Source: Oligoflexia bacterium (GTDB lineage: Bacteria > Bdellovibrionota > UBA1018). Taken from it: 64,000 nucleotides of DNA. Positions 1-11,460 of the stretch are shown here, one piece after another. The stretch is from NCBI GenBank assembly GCA_963758495.1, contig CAVWVI010000003.1, forward strand, positions 1,056,001-1,120,000. The letters run 5' to 3'. The notes below the pieces were generated by a model, which ran no database searches, had not been told where the DNA came from, and saw nothing but the letters and a program-made list of their open reading frames with translations. The first letter of the stretch is position 1, and each line of letters begins with the position of its first letter. Position numbers and translations under genes: made by a program.

Positions 1-3000
1 CATCTCCACGCTTGAGCTTGTCGGTTTTTTCCTTAAATACGTATCGAATAGCTTCAATTTTTTCTTTTGCAATCTTCATGATTGCTGTGACTTCTTGCTC
101 TAGCTCATCCTTAACAGGAATGAAGCCTAAGAGATCAAAAGGAATACTAGCTAAGGCTTCAAGACTAAGCTTCTCACCCTTTTTCAGCAATTCCTCAGAA
201 CCATCTTCCGATAATAATTTACCAGTAGTGAGCGTACCGTCTAAAGACTTAGCAATTTTATTAAATGCTGATTGTCGAATAGCGTCGGTCTCAATCCGCT
301 CATCACGCCGAATCTTACCAATCTGTTCCTCTAAAATTGACTTTGTTCGTTCATCCGGCTCAGTACCTTCACGAGCAAATACTTGAGCGTTAATTACAAT
401 ACCTTGGACTCCGGAAGGTACTCGAAGAGAAGTATCGCGAACATCTCCGGCTTTTTCACCAAAGATCGCACGAAGTAACTTTTCCTCAGGAGAAAGCTGG
501 GTTTCACCTTTAGGTGTAACCTTACCTACTAGAATGTCGCCTGGCTTAACCTCTGCACCAATGCGAATAATACCACTCTGATCCAAGTCTTTCAGTGCTT
601 CTTCGCCGACATTAGGAATGTCTCGGGTAATTTCTTCTTTACCCAGCTTTGTATCTCGAGCCACACATTCAAATTCTTCAATGTGAATTGAGGTAAAAGT
701 GTCTTCCTTAATTAATCGTTCAGAGATCAAGATCGAGTCTTCGAAATTATATCCACTCCAAGGCATAAATGCGATCAACACATTTTGTCCTAAAGCTAAT
801 TCTCCCGCATCTGTACCAGGACCGTCTGCCAGAACATCTCCAGCTTTCAAGTGGTCTCCCACATTCACGACTGGTCTTTGCGTGACACACGTATTTTGAT
901 TCGATCGTTGATATTTAGTTAGATTATAAATATCAACATCAGATCCCACATCATCACTTCGCAAGCCGGTTCGACGAACCACAATCTTCGTACCATCGAC
1001 CATAATCACTTCACCAGCATGGCGATTGATAATAATCTGGCCGGAGTCTCGCGCGACAACTCTTTCAATCCCTGTTCCTACCAATGGAGCATGGGTCCGA
1101 ATCAGTGGCACTGCTTGGCGCTGCATGTTAGATCCCATCAGCGCGCGATTCGCGTCATCATGCTCTAAGAATGGAATCAAAGATGCTGCAATAGATACCA
1201 ATTGATTTGGAGAGATATCCATCAACTCGATATCATCTGGATTAACAAGAGCGAAATCACCTTTACGTCGAGCAGAAATGAGTTCGTCTGATAAATTTCC
1301 ACTACGAAGAGCATCAGGAGCAACTTGCGCAATAACTTTGCTCTCTTCTTCCGTCGCCGTGAAAAACTTAATTTCATCTAACACAGCTCGACCATTTACA
1401 AGTCGGTATGGAGTTTCAATAAAGCCAAATTCATTAACGCGTGCGTAAGTAGATAAACTTGCAATTAACCCAATGTTTGGACCTTCTGGGGTTTCAATAG
1501 GGCAAATTCGACCATAGTGAGTATTATGAACGTCTCGAACTTCGAATCCTGCTCGCTCACGTGTTAATCCTCCAGGTCCCAATGCAGATAAACGACGTTT
1601 ATGGGTCACTTCCGAAAGAGGATTAGTTTGATCCATAAATTGTGAAAGCTGACTTGATCCAAAAAACTCTTTCACAACAGCAGAAACAGGTTTTTGATTA
1701 ATTAAATCATGGGGCATGAGAGTTTCAATTTCTTGAATACTCATTCGCTCCTTAATTGCTCGCTCCATGCGAACTAAACCAATTCTATATTGATTTTCGA
1801 TCAACTCTCCAACAGCTCGTACGCGACGATTGCCTAAGTGATCGATATCATCAATTGTCCCACGACCGTTGTTTAAGTCACAAAGATAATACAACGTAGA
1901 AAGGATGTCTTGCCGAGTCAAAATTGTCGTTTCAGGAGTAATAGCATTTTCTGGAAACTTATAATTTAACTTGAGCCGACCCACACGAGAAAGATCGTAG
2001 CGATCAGGATTGAAAAATAAATTTTCAAACAACTGCTTTGCTGCCTCCACTGTTGGAGGATCACCTGGACGCATTCTCTTATAAATCTCGATTAAAGCTT
2101 CTTCAGGACTAGAAACTTTATCTAAAAGCAAAGTCTCGCGAATAAACGGTCCATAGGTTAAATTGTCTGTGAAGATTACCTTCACATTCTGAATACCCTT
2201 GCCCCGTAACTCTTCAATTTTTGCTGCACTTAATTCTTGATTAGTTTCAAGAAGAACTTCACCCGTCTTTTCGTCCACTATGTCTTCAGAAGCAACTCTG
2301 CTTACAATAGCTTCAAATGGAACTTCTAAGCGTTTAATTCCAGCTTCTTGAATTCTCTTGATCACTGCCTTTGTGAATTTGCGATTTTTCTTAACAATCA
2401 CATCACCAGACTGTGGATCAACGATATCGTCTTCAGCTCGTTGTCCAGCAAGAATTTCAAGGTCTACAGTTTTGAAAAATTTACCATCTTTCTCAAAAAC
2501 CAGAATCTCACTTCTATAAAAGTAATTTAAAATTTCTTGATTAGACATCCCCATCGCACGCAAGATAATAGTTGCTGGTAACTTTCTCTTACGATCGATA
2601 CGTGCGTAAAGAATATCTTTATGGTCAAATTCAAAATCTAACCATGACCCACGATGAGGAATAACTCTAGCAGAGTATAAAATTTTTCCGCTAGAATGAC
2701 TCTTACCTTGATCATGATCAAAAATGACCCCTGGTGATCTATGGAGCTGGCTGACGATGACTCGCTCAGTGCCGTTAATAATGAAGGAACCAGCATCTGT
2801 CATGAGAGGAATTTCTCCCATGTAGACCTCTTGCTCCTTAATATCACGGATGTTACGAGTACTGGCTTCCTCGTCTATATCGTATACGACTAGACGTACG
2901 GTAATTTTAAGTGGAGCCGCGAAAGTCATCCCTCGCTGGCGGCACTCCCAGACATCGTACTTGGGTTTTTCAAGCACATAGCTTTCAAATTCCAACGAAG

Positions 3001-3208
3001 CCGTGCGATTAAAATCCTCAATAGGAAAAACCGACTTAAAAACAGCTTGTAATCCAGAGTTCTCACGCTTACCTGGCTGAACATCCGCCTGTAAGAACTT
3101 TTCATACGACTTTCGTTGTAGTTCTATTAGATTCGGAATCTCTACCGGGGAAGTGATTCTTGAAAAATCTTTACGAACTCGGTGATTTTCCGAAAAAAGT
3201 GAACCCAT
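1..3208 (-). CDS. rpoB: DNA-directed RNA polymerase subunit beta (5' part; continues beyond the left edge)
   Basis: Minus-strand translation from ATG 3208 (RBS AGGAG) gives [31 protein letters not shown]..., with [46 protein letters not shown] and [15 protein letters not shown]. It is absent from the ORF track, consistent with no stop inside the window. Confidence 0.98.
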   Translation of the reverse strand, partial: MGSLFSENHRVRKDFSRITSPVEIPNLIELQRKSYEKFLQADVQPGKRENSGLQAVFKSVFPIEDFNRTASLEFESYVLEKPKYDVWECRQRGMTFAAPLKITVRLVVYDIDEEASTRNIRDIKEQEVYMGEIPLMTDAGSFIINGTERVIVSQLHRSPGVIFDHDQGKSHSSGKILYSARVIPHRGSWLDFEFDHKDILYARIDRKRKLPATIILRAMGMSNQEILNYFYRSEILVFEKDGKFFKTVDLEILAGQRAEDDIVDPQSGDVIVKKNRKFTKAVIKRIQEAGIKRLEVPFEAIVSRVASEDIVDEKTGEVLLETNQELSAAKIEELRGKGIQNVKVIFTDNLTYGPFIRETLLLDKVSSPEEALIEIYKRMRPGDPPTVEAAKQLFENLFFNPDRYDLSRVGRLKLNYKFPENAITPETTILTRQDILSTLYYLCDLNNGRGTIDDIDHLGNRRVRAVGELIENQYRIGLVRMERAIKERMSIQEIETLMPHDLINQKPVSAVVKEFFGSSQLSQFMDQTNPLSEVTHKRRLSALGPGGLTRERAGFEVRDVHNTHYGRICPIETPEGPNIGLIASLSTYARVNEFGFIETPYRLVNGRAVLDEIKFFTATEEESKVIAQVAPDALRSGNLSDELISARRKGDFALVNPDDIELMDISPNQLVSIAASLIPFLEHDDANRALMGSNMQRQAVPLIRTHAPLVGTGIERVVARDSGQIIINRHAGEVIMVDGTKIVVRRTGLRSDDVGSDVDIYNLTKYQRSNQNTCVTQRPVVNVGDHLKAGDVLADGPGTDAGELALGQNVLIAFMPWSGYNFEDSILISERLIKEDTFTSIHIEEFECVARDTKLGKEEITRDIPNVGEEALKDLDQSGIIRIGAEVKPGDILVGKVTPKGETQLSPEEKLLRAIFGEKAGDVRDTSLRVPSGVQGIVINAQVFAREGTEPDERTKSILEEQIGKIRRDERIETDAIRQSAFNKIAKSLDGTLTTGKLLSEDGSEELLKKGEKLSLEALASIPFDLLGFIPVKDELEQEVTAIMKIAKEKIEAIRYVFKEKTDKLKRGD

Positions 3209-3332
3209 GCATGCTCCTAAAAAAGAATAAAAAAATACGTTACCGCACCCAGCCTACATGAATTTCAAAACAAGGCAAGGGTACGGTACGAATTTTGAAC
3301 CAGAGGTACCAAAAACGGCGAACAGATCTTGA

Positions 3333-3712
3333 TCACTTAATCTCGACCTTCGCTCCTTCAGCCTCAAGCTTTTTCTTAATATCGTCGGCTTCTTGCTTAG
3401 CAACGCCATCTTTCAATGTCTTAGGGGCGCCTTCAACAAGTCTTTTGCTTCTTTCAAGCCTAGACCAGTGATAGCGCGAACTTCCTTAATCACATTAATC
3501 TTCTTATCGCCTGCTGCGCTAAGAATAACTGTAAATTCAGTCTTTGCTTCAGCAACAGGTGCTGCTGCACCTGAAGCAGCTACTACTGCCATCGGCGCTG
3601 CGGCAGAAACACCAAACTTAGTTTCAAGATCCTTCACAAGCTGTGAAAGTTCAAGAACGGACATATTTTCAATAAAGGAAACAACTTGTTCCTTAGTAAC
3701 TGCAGTTGACAT
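3333..3712 (-). CDS. rplL: 50S ribosomal protein L7/L12 (1-nt deletion near 3441, probable sequencing error)
   Basis: [23 protein letters not shown]...[21 protein letters not shown]; adding one base restores [35 protein letters not shown] ending at 3333. Confidence 0.95.
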
Positions 3713-3844
3713 TTTATACCTCTTTTACTTCATACCCGCCGTCATCATGACTTAGGGCGTTGGTCCCTCTAGTTCTAATTAATAGGACCGATTGCTAGCA
3801 GCTTTCCTGACCACTAGTTAAAACGTTTATCCTCAAGCGATGCA

Positions 3845-4384
3845 TCACGTCTGAGGATCCGCCTTCTTTTTCTCAATAGCGGCTAACACTGTGACCAAAC
3901 TACGAGGCACAGCAGCAAGCACACCAACAAAGTTCGTAATAGGAGCATTCATAGTACCTAACAATGTCCCTATCAGAACTTGCTTGCTAGGAAGTTTAGC
4001 AAGCGCCTCGACTCCAGATGCATCGATGCGCTTCTGACCCATGAGGCTGTCTTTAAGTTTAAGTGCCTCATTATCCTGAGCAAATTTATGAATCACCTTA
4101 GCTGCGGCTGCTGGATCTCCAAACGCAAATGCGACTAGAGTAGGTCCAACAACACTTTCCATGAGCTCCTTAGCTTGCTCACCCATGGCTCCATCCTTAG
4201 TAATCAAACGCGCAACGTTATTTTTTAAAACCTTAATTTCAGTTTTATGTGCGCGAAGTGATCTACGGAGATCATCAGCTTGTGAAGCAGAAAGTCCCTT
4301 ATAATCTGCAAAAATAGCGACTTGCGCCTGAGCGAACTTATCCTTCAAAGACGTCGCAAGTTCGGATTTTTCTGTACGATTCAT
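3845..4384 (-). CDS. rplJ: 50S ribosomal protein L10
   Basis: ADYKGLS...LRRSLR...VLKNNVAR...LAKLPSK motifs; lies between rplA and rplL. Confidence 0.96.
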   Translation of the reverse strand: MNRTEKSELATSLKDKFAQAQVAIFADYKGLSASQADDLRRSLRAHKTEIKVLKNNVARLITKDGAMGEQAKELMESVVGPTLVAFAFGDPAAAAKVIHKFAQDNEALKLKDSLMGQKRIDASGVEALAKLPSKQVLIGTLLGTMNAPITNFVGVLAAVPRSLVTVLAAIEKKKADPQT

Positions 4385-4427
4385 GACTTTAACCTCTTAC
4401 TTTATTCTCTAATTAATACAATCAGGA

Positions 4428-5177
4428 TCAGGCTACACCAGCTGCATGCAGTGTATCCATCGGATCAATAGCAATGCCTGGGCTCATTGTTGAAGAAAGT
4501 GTAACGTTTTTTAAGTAAGTCCCCTTACTTGTAGGTGGCTTTGCCTTCATAATTACACTCGCCAAGGTTGCAAAATTCTCCTTGAGCTTCAATGCGCCAA
4601 AAGATTTCTTACCAATTGCTACATGGATAATACCGGTCTTTTCAGTGCGGTATTCTACTTTCCCTAACTTCTGCTCTTTCACTGCCTTGGCGACGTCAAA
4701 AGTAACAGTACCTAATTTCGGATTTGGCATAAGACCCCGAGGCCCTAATATCTTTCCAATCTTAGAAACTGCAACCATCATATCTGGAGTAGCAATCATC
4801 TTATCGAAATCAAACCAACCACCCGCAATTTTTTCAATTAAGTCTTCGGCACCAACAAAATCAGCACCCGCTGCAGCCGCTTCTTTTGCCTTATCCCCTT
4901 TAGCTAAAACTGCCACTCGAACAGTTTTACCAATACCGTGAGGAAGCACGATAGCTCCACGAACCATTTGGTCGGCATGCTTTGGATCCACTCCGAGATT
5001 AAACGCTACATCAACTGTCTCATCAAACTTGGCAAATGCAACTTCAGGCAAAAGCGCGAAAGCTTCGTCTACTGTATAGCGCTTTCCCATTTGAACTTTT
5101 TCCATTGCATTTAAATATTTTTTGCCGTGATTTCCAATTCGACGTTTTTTATCTGCCTGCTTTGTATTTTCAGTCAT
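4428..5177 (-). CDS. rplA: 50S ribosomal protein L1
   Basis: [41 protein letters not shown]. Confidence 0.98.
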   Translation of the reverse strand: MTENTKQADKKRRIGNHGKKYLNAMEKVQMGKRYTVDEAFALLPEVAFAKFDETVDVAFNLGVDPKHADQMVRGAIVLPHGIGKTVRVAVLAKGDKAKEAAAAGADFVGAEDLIEKIAGGWFDFDKMIATPDMMVAVSKIGKILGPRGLMPNPKLGTVTFDVAKAVKEQKLGKVEYRTEKTGIIHVAIGKKSFGALKLKENFATLASVIMKAKPPTSKGTYLKNVTLSSTMSPGIAIDPMDTLHAAGVA

Positions 5178-5188
5178 ATTTATCCTCT

Positions 5189-5221
5189 GTGGTGCTCACG
5201 CCAAGCGTACTTGGCTCCCAC
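5189..5221 (-). promoter_or_regulatory. Putative L1 autoregulatory binding site in the rplK-rplA spacer
   Basis: Minus strand GTGG-GAG-CCAAG-TACG-CTTGG-CGTGAGCA-CCAC forms two stems around an asymmetric internal loop beginning GGGAG, directly upstream of the rplA RBS; resembles L1 mRNA operators. Confidence 0.6.
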
Positions 5222-5243
5222 TTTATTTTAAAAAACTAAATTT

Positions 5244-5669
5244 CTAATCAGTTACGGTAATACCGGCACTACGAGCTGTCCCAGAAATAGTCCGCATTGC
5301 AGCTTCTAAACTACCTGCGTTTAAATCCGGCATTTTCAACTTAGCAATCTCTTCGACTTGCTTTGAAGTTACCTTACCTACTTTAGTTTTATTAGGTTCT
5401 CCAGATCCTTTTTCAATCTTTGCAGCTTTACAAAGCAAAATAGATGCAGGAGGGGTCTTCGTAATAAAAGTAAATGAGCGATCTGAATATACAGTAATAA
5501 TGACCGGAATGATCATTCCTTTTTGGTCCTGCGTCTTAGCATTAAATGCTTTGCAGAACTCCATGATATTCACACCACGTTGACCTAAGGCAGGTCCCAC
5601 TGGAGGGGCTGGATTTGCCTGACCACCTGGAATTTGTAGTTTAATCTGACCAGTTACTTTCTTTGCCAT
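5244..5669 (-). CDS. rplK: 50S ribosomal protein L11
   Basis: [38 protein letters not shown]. Confidence 0.98.
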   Translation of the reverse strand: MAKKVTGQIKLQIPGGQANPAPPVGPALGQRGVNIMEFCKAFNAKTQDQKGMIIPVIITVYSDRSFTFITKTPPASILLCKAAKIEKGSGEPNKTKVGKVTSKQVEEIAKLKMPDLNAGSLEAAMRTISGTARSAGITVTD

Positions 5670-5765
5670 AATCTAACCTTTCTCGCAGTACATCCTGTAC
5701 ACCACTGCCAAATCACGGGCAGGCAAACGCTCATTATCCTGAAACGTGCTCTATAACACAATTAA

Positions 5766-6326
5766 TTAAATTTTTTCAACCTGAATAAAATCAAGTTCTA
5801 CCGGGGTCGACCGTCCAAATATACTTACTAGAACTTTTACCTTTCCTTTATCTGGATTTACATCTTCGACAACACCGTTAAAGTTGGAGAACGGTCCATC
5901 AACAACTCTTACATTTTCGCCTTCATGAAAAGAAATTCTAGGGCGCGGCTTAACTTGTCCTTCTGCAATCCGATTTGTCATTTTTTGAACATCAGACTCA
6001 GGAACAGGCACTGGCTTAACCTTATCACCGACGAATCCTGTAATTTTCGGAGTATCTTTTACAATATGCCAAGTCTCTTCATTTAAAACCATCTTAACCA
6101 AGATATACCCAGGAAAGAATCGTCGCTTAGTTGTCTTCTTTTGGCCCTTAACCAACTCTACAACATTTTCTTCTGGAACAATGATCTCTCCAAAAAAAGG
6201 CTCTCTCTTTAAAGATTTGATCCGCTCTTCAAGCGCAATCTTTGCCTTATTTTCGAAACCTGAATATGTATGAACTACATACCAAGCCATTTCACCTGAC
6301 TGCTGCGCTTGAATGTCCGGCATCAT
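5766..6326 (-). CDS. nusG: Transcription termination/antitermination factor NusG
   Basis: WYVVHTYSGFENK...FFPGYILV...KOW motif VRVVDGPFSNFNGVV...SIFGRSTPVEL. Confidence 0.98.
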   Translation of the reverse strand: MMPDIQAQQSGEMAWYVVHTYSGFENKAKIALEERIKSLKREPFFGEIIVPEENVVELVKGQKKTTKRRFFPGYILVKMVLNEETWHIVKDTPKITGFVGDKVKPVPVPESDVQKMTNRIAEGQVKPRPRISFHEGENVRVVDGPFSNFNGVVEDVNPDKGKVKVLVSIFGRSTPVELDFIQVEKI

Positions 6327-6338
6327 TTATCTCCTCTC

Positions 6339-6714
6339 TCAGAGAATCCACTTTAGCAAATGAATCCAACAATAGTCCAAGAAGCCTAAAACAAGCCCCG
6401 AAATGAGGACCATGACAATTACTACTAAAGTAGCGGAACTTGTATCTTTCTGAGTAGGCCAAGTTACTCGCGAAAGCTCTACGATAACCTCATTCATAAA
6501 TTGATTGGCCTGCTCATTGCGATAGAGCACCATGAAAAGAATAGCCCCCGCAAACAACAGAGACTCCTCGAAGAATCAGTTCAACATTTCGAACCCTAGC
6601 TTCGAGATCATAAGCCCCTACAATCTTACCTGCCATCGAAAAAATGATGTACCCAAACAATATGGCCAATGCCAAGTAGCTTAGATTCACCCATTTCTGA
6701 TGTTGACTTTCCAT
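6339..6714 (-). CDS. secE: Preprotein translocase subunit SecE, three-TM form (1-nt insertion near 6555, probable sequencing error)
   Basis: ORFs 6514-6714 and 6339-6557 join on removing one base; contains ELSRVTWPT; lies between tRNA-Trp and nusG. Confidence 0.92.
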
Positions 6715-6739
6715 AGTTTAACCCAATTCAACCCATTAA

Positions 6740-6816
6740 TGGCAGGGCAGGAGGGATTCGAACCCACAACCCGCGGATTTGGAATCCGCTGCTCTAGCCG
6801 TTGGAGCTACTGCCCT
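6740..6816 (-). tRNA. tRNA-Trp (CCA)
   Basis: AGGGCAGTAGCTCC...GCGGA-TT-CCA-AA-TCCGC...GGTTCGAATCC...CTGCCCTGCCA; encoded CCA end. Confidence 0.97.
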
Positions 6817-6819
6817 ATT

Positions 6820-6970
6820 TTACTTACCTTCACGATGTGGAGTATGTTTCCGGCAAAACTTGCAGAACTTATTAAATTCTAGCTTGTCTGTCGTCTTTTG
6901 CTTATTCTTACTAGTTGAGTAATTTTTTCGTTTGCACTCCAGTGCAATCTAAACTCACAGTTACTCGCAT
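6820..6970 (-). CDS. rpmG: 50S ribosomal protein L33, zinc-ribbon type (1-nt insertion near 6940; not in ORF track)
   Basis: Removing one G gives [49 protein letters not shown]. Confidence 0.93.
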
Positions 6971-7003
6971 AATACTTACTACCTCAAATCTCCGACTCCA
7001 AAC

Positions 7004-7029
7004 AAGGGGGGATTTTTCTCCCCCCTTTT
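7004..7029. terminator. Hairpin between tuf and rpmG (terminator-like)
   Basis: AAGGGGGGA-TTTT-TCTCCCCCCTT inverted repeat. Confidence 0.55.
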
Positions 7030-7087
7030 ACCGGAACCTATTATTAGGCAAAGAGCTTTTTGCCCATTCTCACTGCATACATGAGAA

Positions 7088-8285
7088 TTACTCGATAATC
7101 TCTGCCACGACACCGGCACCTACCGTACGGCCACCTTCACGGATAGCGAAACGGAGTTCTTTTTCCATAGCAATTGGAGTAATTAATTCTACTTCAATTG
7201 CAACGTTATCACCAGGCATGACCATTTCTACATTCTGCAGGAAGCTTCACGACACCAGTCACGTCCGTTGTACGGAAATAGAACTGAGGACGATAGCCAT
7301 TGAAGAATGGAGTATGACTTCCGCCTTCTTCTTTAGTAAGAATATAAGCTGAACCTTTAAATTTCTTATGTGGAGTAACTGATCCAACATGAGCCAACAC
7401 TTGGCCACGTTCAACTTCTTCTTTCTTAGTTCCACGAAGAAGAGCGCCGATATTATCTCCAGCTTCACCTTGATCTAGCAATTTACGGAACATTTCAACA
7501 CCCGTCACAACAGACTTAATGGTTGGACGTAGACCAATAATTTCAACTTCTTCGCCAACCTTAATCACGCCACGCTCAACACGGCCGGTCACAACAGTAC
7601 CACGACCTGAAATTGAGAACACATCTTCAACTGGCATCAAGAAAGGCTTATCTTTTTCACGTTTTGGCTGTGGAATATATTCATCCACTGCATCCATCAA
7701 CTTCAAGATCGCTTGCTTCACCCAGTTGCTCCTGCATCACCTTCCATCGCCTTAAGTGCAGAACCCTTAACGATAGGAATAGTGTCGCCAGGGATACTTA
7801 TAGGAAGTAAGTAACTCACGAACTTCCATTTCAACTAAGTTCAAGAAGTTCTGGATCATCTACCATGTCGCATTTATTCAAAAACACGACAACAGCAGGA
7901 ACACCGACTTGACGAGCTAAGAAGAATGTGTTCACGAGTTTGAGGCATTGGGCCGTCAGCAGCGGAAACAACTAAAATCGCTCCGTCCATCTGAGCTGCA
8001 CCAGTAATCATGTTTTTCACATAGTCAGCGTGGCCTGGGCAATCGACGTGGGCATAATGGCGATTAGCAGTCTGATACTCAACGTGAGTGGTATTAATAG
8101 TAATCCCACGCTCTTTTTCTTCAGGAGCGTTATCGATTTGATCGTAAGCTCGTGCTTGCGCCCAACCCTTTTTTGCTAATACCGTCGTAATAGCCGCAGT
8201 TAATGTAGTTTTACCATGGTCAACGTGACCAATTGTCCCAATATTGCAATGGGGCTTATGTCCGTTCAAATTTTTCTTTCGACAT
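7088..8285 (-). CDS. tuf: Elongation factor Tu (several single-base indels, probable consensus errors)
   Basis: Starts [64 protein letters not shown] and C-terminal [20 protein letters not shown] are spread over different frames. Span is 1198 nt, not a multiple of three. Confidence 0.95.
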
Positions 8286-8350
8286 ACCTCTTCTAGGCCT
8301 CCGCTGTTTGGTTAGATTATGCCGGAACCTAACAACCGGTTATTTAAATC

Positions 8351-8427
8351 TGGAGCTCTTGACGGGATTCGAACCCGTGACCTCTCCCTTACCAAGGGAG
8401 TGCTCTAGCCAACTGAGCTACAAGAGC
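8351..8427 (-). tRNA. tRNA-Thr (GGT)
   Basis: Anticodon arm CTCCC-TT-GGT-AA-GGGAG, T-loop GGTTCGAATCC, CCA end. Confidence 0.97.
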
Positions 8428-8522
8428 GTTCATCACCAATTCTTGAACAGAAAAACAAATCCTTACTTCAACTTGACTTGTTCTTCAGCTCCCTTTGTGC
8501 TTTTACGTAAAAGACACAGTCC

Positions 8523-8552
8523 CAAAAAATACCGATTAACCGGTATTTTTTG
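8523..8552. terminator. Perfect 12-bp-arm hairpin between tRNA-Gly and tRNA-Thr
   Basis: CAAAAAATACCG-ATTAAC-CGGTATTTTTTG; may be a terminator or a processing site. Confidence 0.5.
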
Positions 8553-8561
8553 AGTTATAAA

Positions 8562-8638
8562 TGGAGCGGGAGACGGGACTCGAACCCGCGACCCTCAGCT
8601 TGGAAGGCTGATGCTCTAGCCAACTGAGCTACTCCCGC
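8562..8638 (-). tRNA. tRNA-Gly (TCC)
   Basis: GCGGGAGTAGCTCAG...TCAGC-CT-TCC-AA-GCTGA...GGTTCGAGTCC...CCA. Confidence 0.97.
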
Positions 8639-8787
8639 ACCGACTTTCCATGGTTGGCAAGTCCCAAGGAAATTGAATTTCATCTTCTTACATCAAGCTT
8701 TTAAAGTTTCTCACTATTTTTGACTTTTCATCAAAAAAACCTCTATTAAAGGTTTATTGAGAACTTTTTTTGCCCTCAGCTCAAAAA

Positions 8788-8873
8788 TGGTGGAGAGAGA
8801 AGGATTCGAACCTTCGAAGACGTACGCCGCCAGATTTACAGTCTGGTCCCTTTGGCCGCTTGGGTATCTCTCC
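8788..8873 (-). tRNA. tRNA-Tyr (GTA)
   Basis: CCAGA-CT-GTA-AA-TCTGG anticodon arm, long variable arm, CCA end. Confidence 0.97.
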
Positions 8874-8960
8874 ACAATCCAAATTTTAACTAAACTAACT
8901 TATCAGCCGTCACCTTTGTACCATTTTTCAGTGCATTGTCCCTAAGAACAATCTGAAAAA

Positions 8961-9036
8961 TGGAGCTGGAGAAGGGATTCGAACCCACGACCTGCGGTTT
9001 ACAAAACCGCTGCTCTACCAACTGAGCTACTCCAGC
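8961..9036 (-). tRNA. tRNA-Thr (TGT)
   Basis: GCGGT-TT-TGT-AA-ACCGC anticodon arm, GGTTCGAATCC, CCA end. Confidence 0.97.
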
Positions 9037-9263
9037 ACAAAGAAAACTTCACCTAAAGGATAAACTACCCCATTGGGCAATTAGCCGACATTTAGCTGTG
9101 CAAAGTTCCATCGTTTTCATAAAAAGTCAACGACCTTTACAAAATTTTTAGTTATTTTTTTTTCAGCCTCATGATTATCAGCCAATCATCGCCTCAAAAG
9201 CAACTATCAATTTCAATGATTGAGAGAGTCGCTTGACTTAACGATGAACTCAAGGGAAGAGTT

Positions 9264-9893
9264 ATGCTTATGAAAAGTCTTCAAACTTTAACGTTGGCTA
9301 TTGTTTTATTTGGTTTTATTGGATTGGAATCTTCTGTGGAAGCCCGAGATAATACAAACTTGAAAAAATACGGCAACCGGCAAAATGACAGTTCAGTAAA
9401 ATATCGGCAGTCAGCGCCAGAATCAGCAGAAACCTACTCAAATGACAAGTCTTTTGCTTTAGGATATTCCACCATTGCCCTTCCGTTTCAAGACGGCTTT
9501 GGTTCCATTACAGGACTTTGCAAATGGGATCGACTGGACGCAATACAAACTTTTTTAACCATTCCTCGGACGAGTCCTTTTAATATTGCGGCCAGTGTTC
9601 TTTATAAAAGGACGGTTTTAGAAAGTGAAGGCGCTGGATTTCACCTCGGCGGCGGCCTAGGGCTAGGAAGTGCAAATGGAGGCACTGGAGGAAATTTTAT
9701 AATGAACATGAGCGCTATTGCTGGCTTTCATTTTCCGGTTCCTGGCGCTTCTCAAATCATGGTGCATATAGATGGGGGGCCTAATTTCACTCTATACAAT
9801 ATAGGATCGGGCGCTGCTTCAACTACTCAGACGAATTTCCAAATGACTCCACTTTCCCCAGCGTTAGGTCTCAGCATTGTTTACATTCTCTAA
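9264..9893 (+). CDS. Exported hypothetical protein, possible small outer-membrane beta-barrel
   Basis: Signal peptide ending VEA; glycine-rich amphipathic strands (GFHLGGGLGLG, AIAGFHFP); C-terminal strand LGLSIVYIL. Confidence 0.6.
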   Translation: MLMKSLQTLTLAIVLFGFIGLESSVEARDNTNLKKYGNRQNDSSVKYRQSAPESAETYSNDKSFALGYSTIALPFQDGFGSITGLCKWDRLDAIQTFLTIPRTSPFNIAASVLYKRTVLESEGAGFHLGGGLGLGSANGGTGGNFIMNMSAIAGFHFPVPGASQIMVHIDGGPNFTLYNIGSGAASTTQTNFQMTPLSPALGLSIVYIL

Positions 9894-9895
9894 AA

Positions 9896-10639
9896 TTAAA
9901 TTAATTTAGAAATCATAATACCAGCAGCAACAGAGACGTTAAGAGAAGTGACTTTGCCGTTTCCAGAAATTCGACAGAGAACATCACAAGATTCTTCCGT
10001 CAAACGCCTCATGCCCTTTTCTTCATTTCCTAAAACTAAAAGCCAGGGTCGGTCACGTTGAACTGAGCTAATATCATCATGTGCATGTTCTGACGTCCCC
10101 AAGATCCAAGCACCTGATTTTTTTGCTATTTCGAAGGCGTTCTGTAAGTTAGTCGGAACTGAAAAAGGTACAAACTCTAAGCCTCCTGAAGCCACATCAT
10201 AAACTGTTGACGTCAAAGAAGCAGATCTATCCTGAGTCAGAACTATCCCTTGGACTCCAAAAAATGCAGCGGCCCGAAATATTGCCCCTACATTATGAGG
10301 ATCTTGCAAATTATCCAAAGCTAACCATAAACCTCGGCCATTTCCTCTCGTAGACGCCTCTGCAAATAGCTCTTCTAATGAAAGAGGTGTTCTTTCACGA
10401 ATCGTAGCTTCCGCTATTCCCATCCTTGAACTCTCTTCGAATGAAGAAACATGACCCGCTCGAGGTGCTCGCTGATTCACGGTAGTGACCGAAATCTGTC
10501 GATCTCGAGCAACCTTGGCAACCCGAGCCCAAACATCATTCGAAAATTTCGGAGGAATATTGACTTGAATCACATCTTTTGGGCGCGTTTCAAGAACTGC
10601 AAGTACACTATGAGGATTTCTCAATATAAGCTGAGCCAT
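9896..10639 (-). CDS. TrmH/SpoU-family RNA 2'-O-methyltransferase (RlmB-like)
   Basis: LDNLQDPHNVGAIFR, VLGNEEKG, SLNVSVAAGI motifs; ATG 10639 has a GGAGGAG RBS. Confidence 0.9.
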   Translation of the reverse strand: MAQLILRNPHSVLAVLETRPKDVIQVNIPPKFSNDVWARVAKVARDRQISVTTVNQRAPRAGHVSSFEESSRMGIAEATIRERTPLSLEELFAEASTRGNGRGLWLALDNLQDPHNVGAIFRAAAFFGVQGIVLTQDRSASLTSTVYDVASGGLEFVPFSVPTNLQNAFEIAKKSGAWILGTSEHAHDDISSVQRDRPWLLVLGNEEKGMRRLTEESCDVLCRISGNGKVTSLNVSVAAGIMISKLI

Positions 10640-10743
10640 TCTCCTCCAATCGCACAGAATGTAACTACAGTTAAGAAGAAAACGCGACTCAAAGCGCCGA
10701 ACAAGAATAAACACTGCAAGAAGCCCTAAAGGAACATTTACGG

Positions 10744-11460
10744 CTATTCTCCCAAATCTTTTAAAATGGACCTCACTACTGCTTTAGGATCAGCTGACTC
10801 AGTAATAGGCCGACCTACTACTATGGCATGAGCCCCCATTTCCCGAGCTATGGCCGGAGTGGTTACTCTTGCTTGATCATTCATGCTTACGCCCGAAGGT
10901 CGAATTCCGGGAACTACTGTATATAAATTAGGAAACTGGCTGCGGATTGACTCTAATTCCATCGCAGAACAAACGATGCCATCAGCTCCCCAAGCAGCAG
11001 AGTGCTCCACAAGACCATTTACTGATCCTTTTACTTCTACGGCATGTCCTGTTAAAGACTTAGTCACTTCAGCCCATCGAACATCATCAAATGAAGTCAA
11101 AACACTTACACCTAAGATTTTTGGACGAAGTAACGGAATATCGGCAAGTTCCTCGACAACAGCACGAATCATTGCACTTCCACCCGCTAAATGGACAGTG
11201 AGCATTTCCACATGCAGTAATGCAGCCTGCTTTGCTGCTCTTGCCACTGTATGCGGGATATCATGAAGCTTCAGATCAAGAAAAATTCTATTTTTACGGT
11301 GCACCAGTTCACGAACAACTTCCGGACCTCCACTCATAAAAAGCTCAAGACCCACTTTATATAATAGAGGAAACCCTTTAAGCTGATCAACCAAAGCAAA
11401 TGCCTTATCCGATCTAGAAAAATCTAAAGCCACAATCAACTCAGTCTGCTGATGATTCAC
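10744..11460 (-). CDS. pyrF: Orotidine-5'-phosphate decarboxylase
   Basis: LIVALD, FLDLKLHDIPHTV, VPGIRP, IVVGRPI. Confidence 0.96.
   Translation of the reverse strand: MNHQQTELIVALDFSRSDKAFALVDQLKGFPLLYKVGLELFMSGGPEVVRELVHRKNRIFLDLKLHDIPHTVARAAKQAALLHVEMLTVHLAGGSAMIRAVVEELADIPLLRPKILGVSVLTSFDDVRWAEVTKSLTGHAVEVKGSVNGLVEHSAAWGADGIVCSAMELESIRSQFPNLYTVVPGIRPSGVSMNDQARVTTPAIAREMGAHAIVVGRPITESADPKAVVRSILKDLGE

Noticed and set aside
12..2530. Plus-strand ORFs over rpoB, and similar short antisense ORFs over other large genes
   Set aside because: Shadow frames opposite well-supported genes, with no recognisable motifs.
3333..8285. Programmed frameshifting or pseudogenisation of rplL, secE, rpmG and tuf
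   Set aside because: Protein sequences are otherwise highly conserved, indels go in both directions and cluster locally; sequencing error is far more likely.
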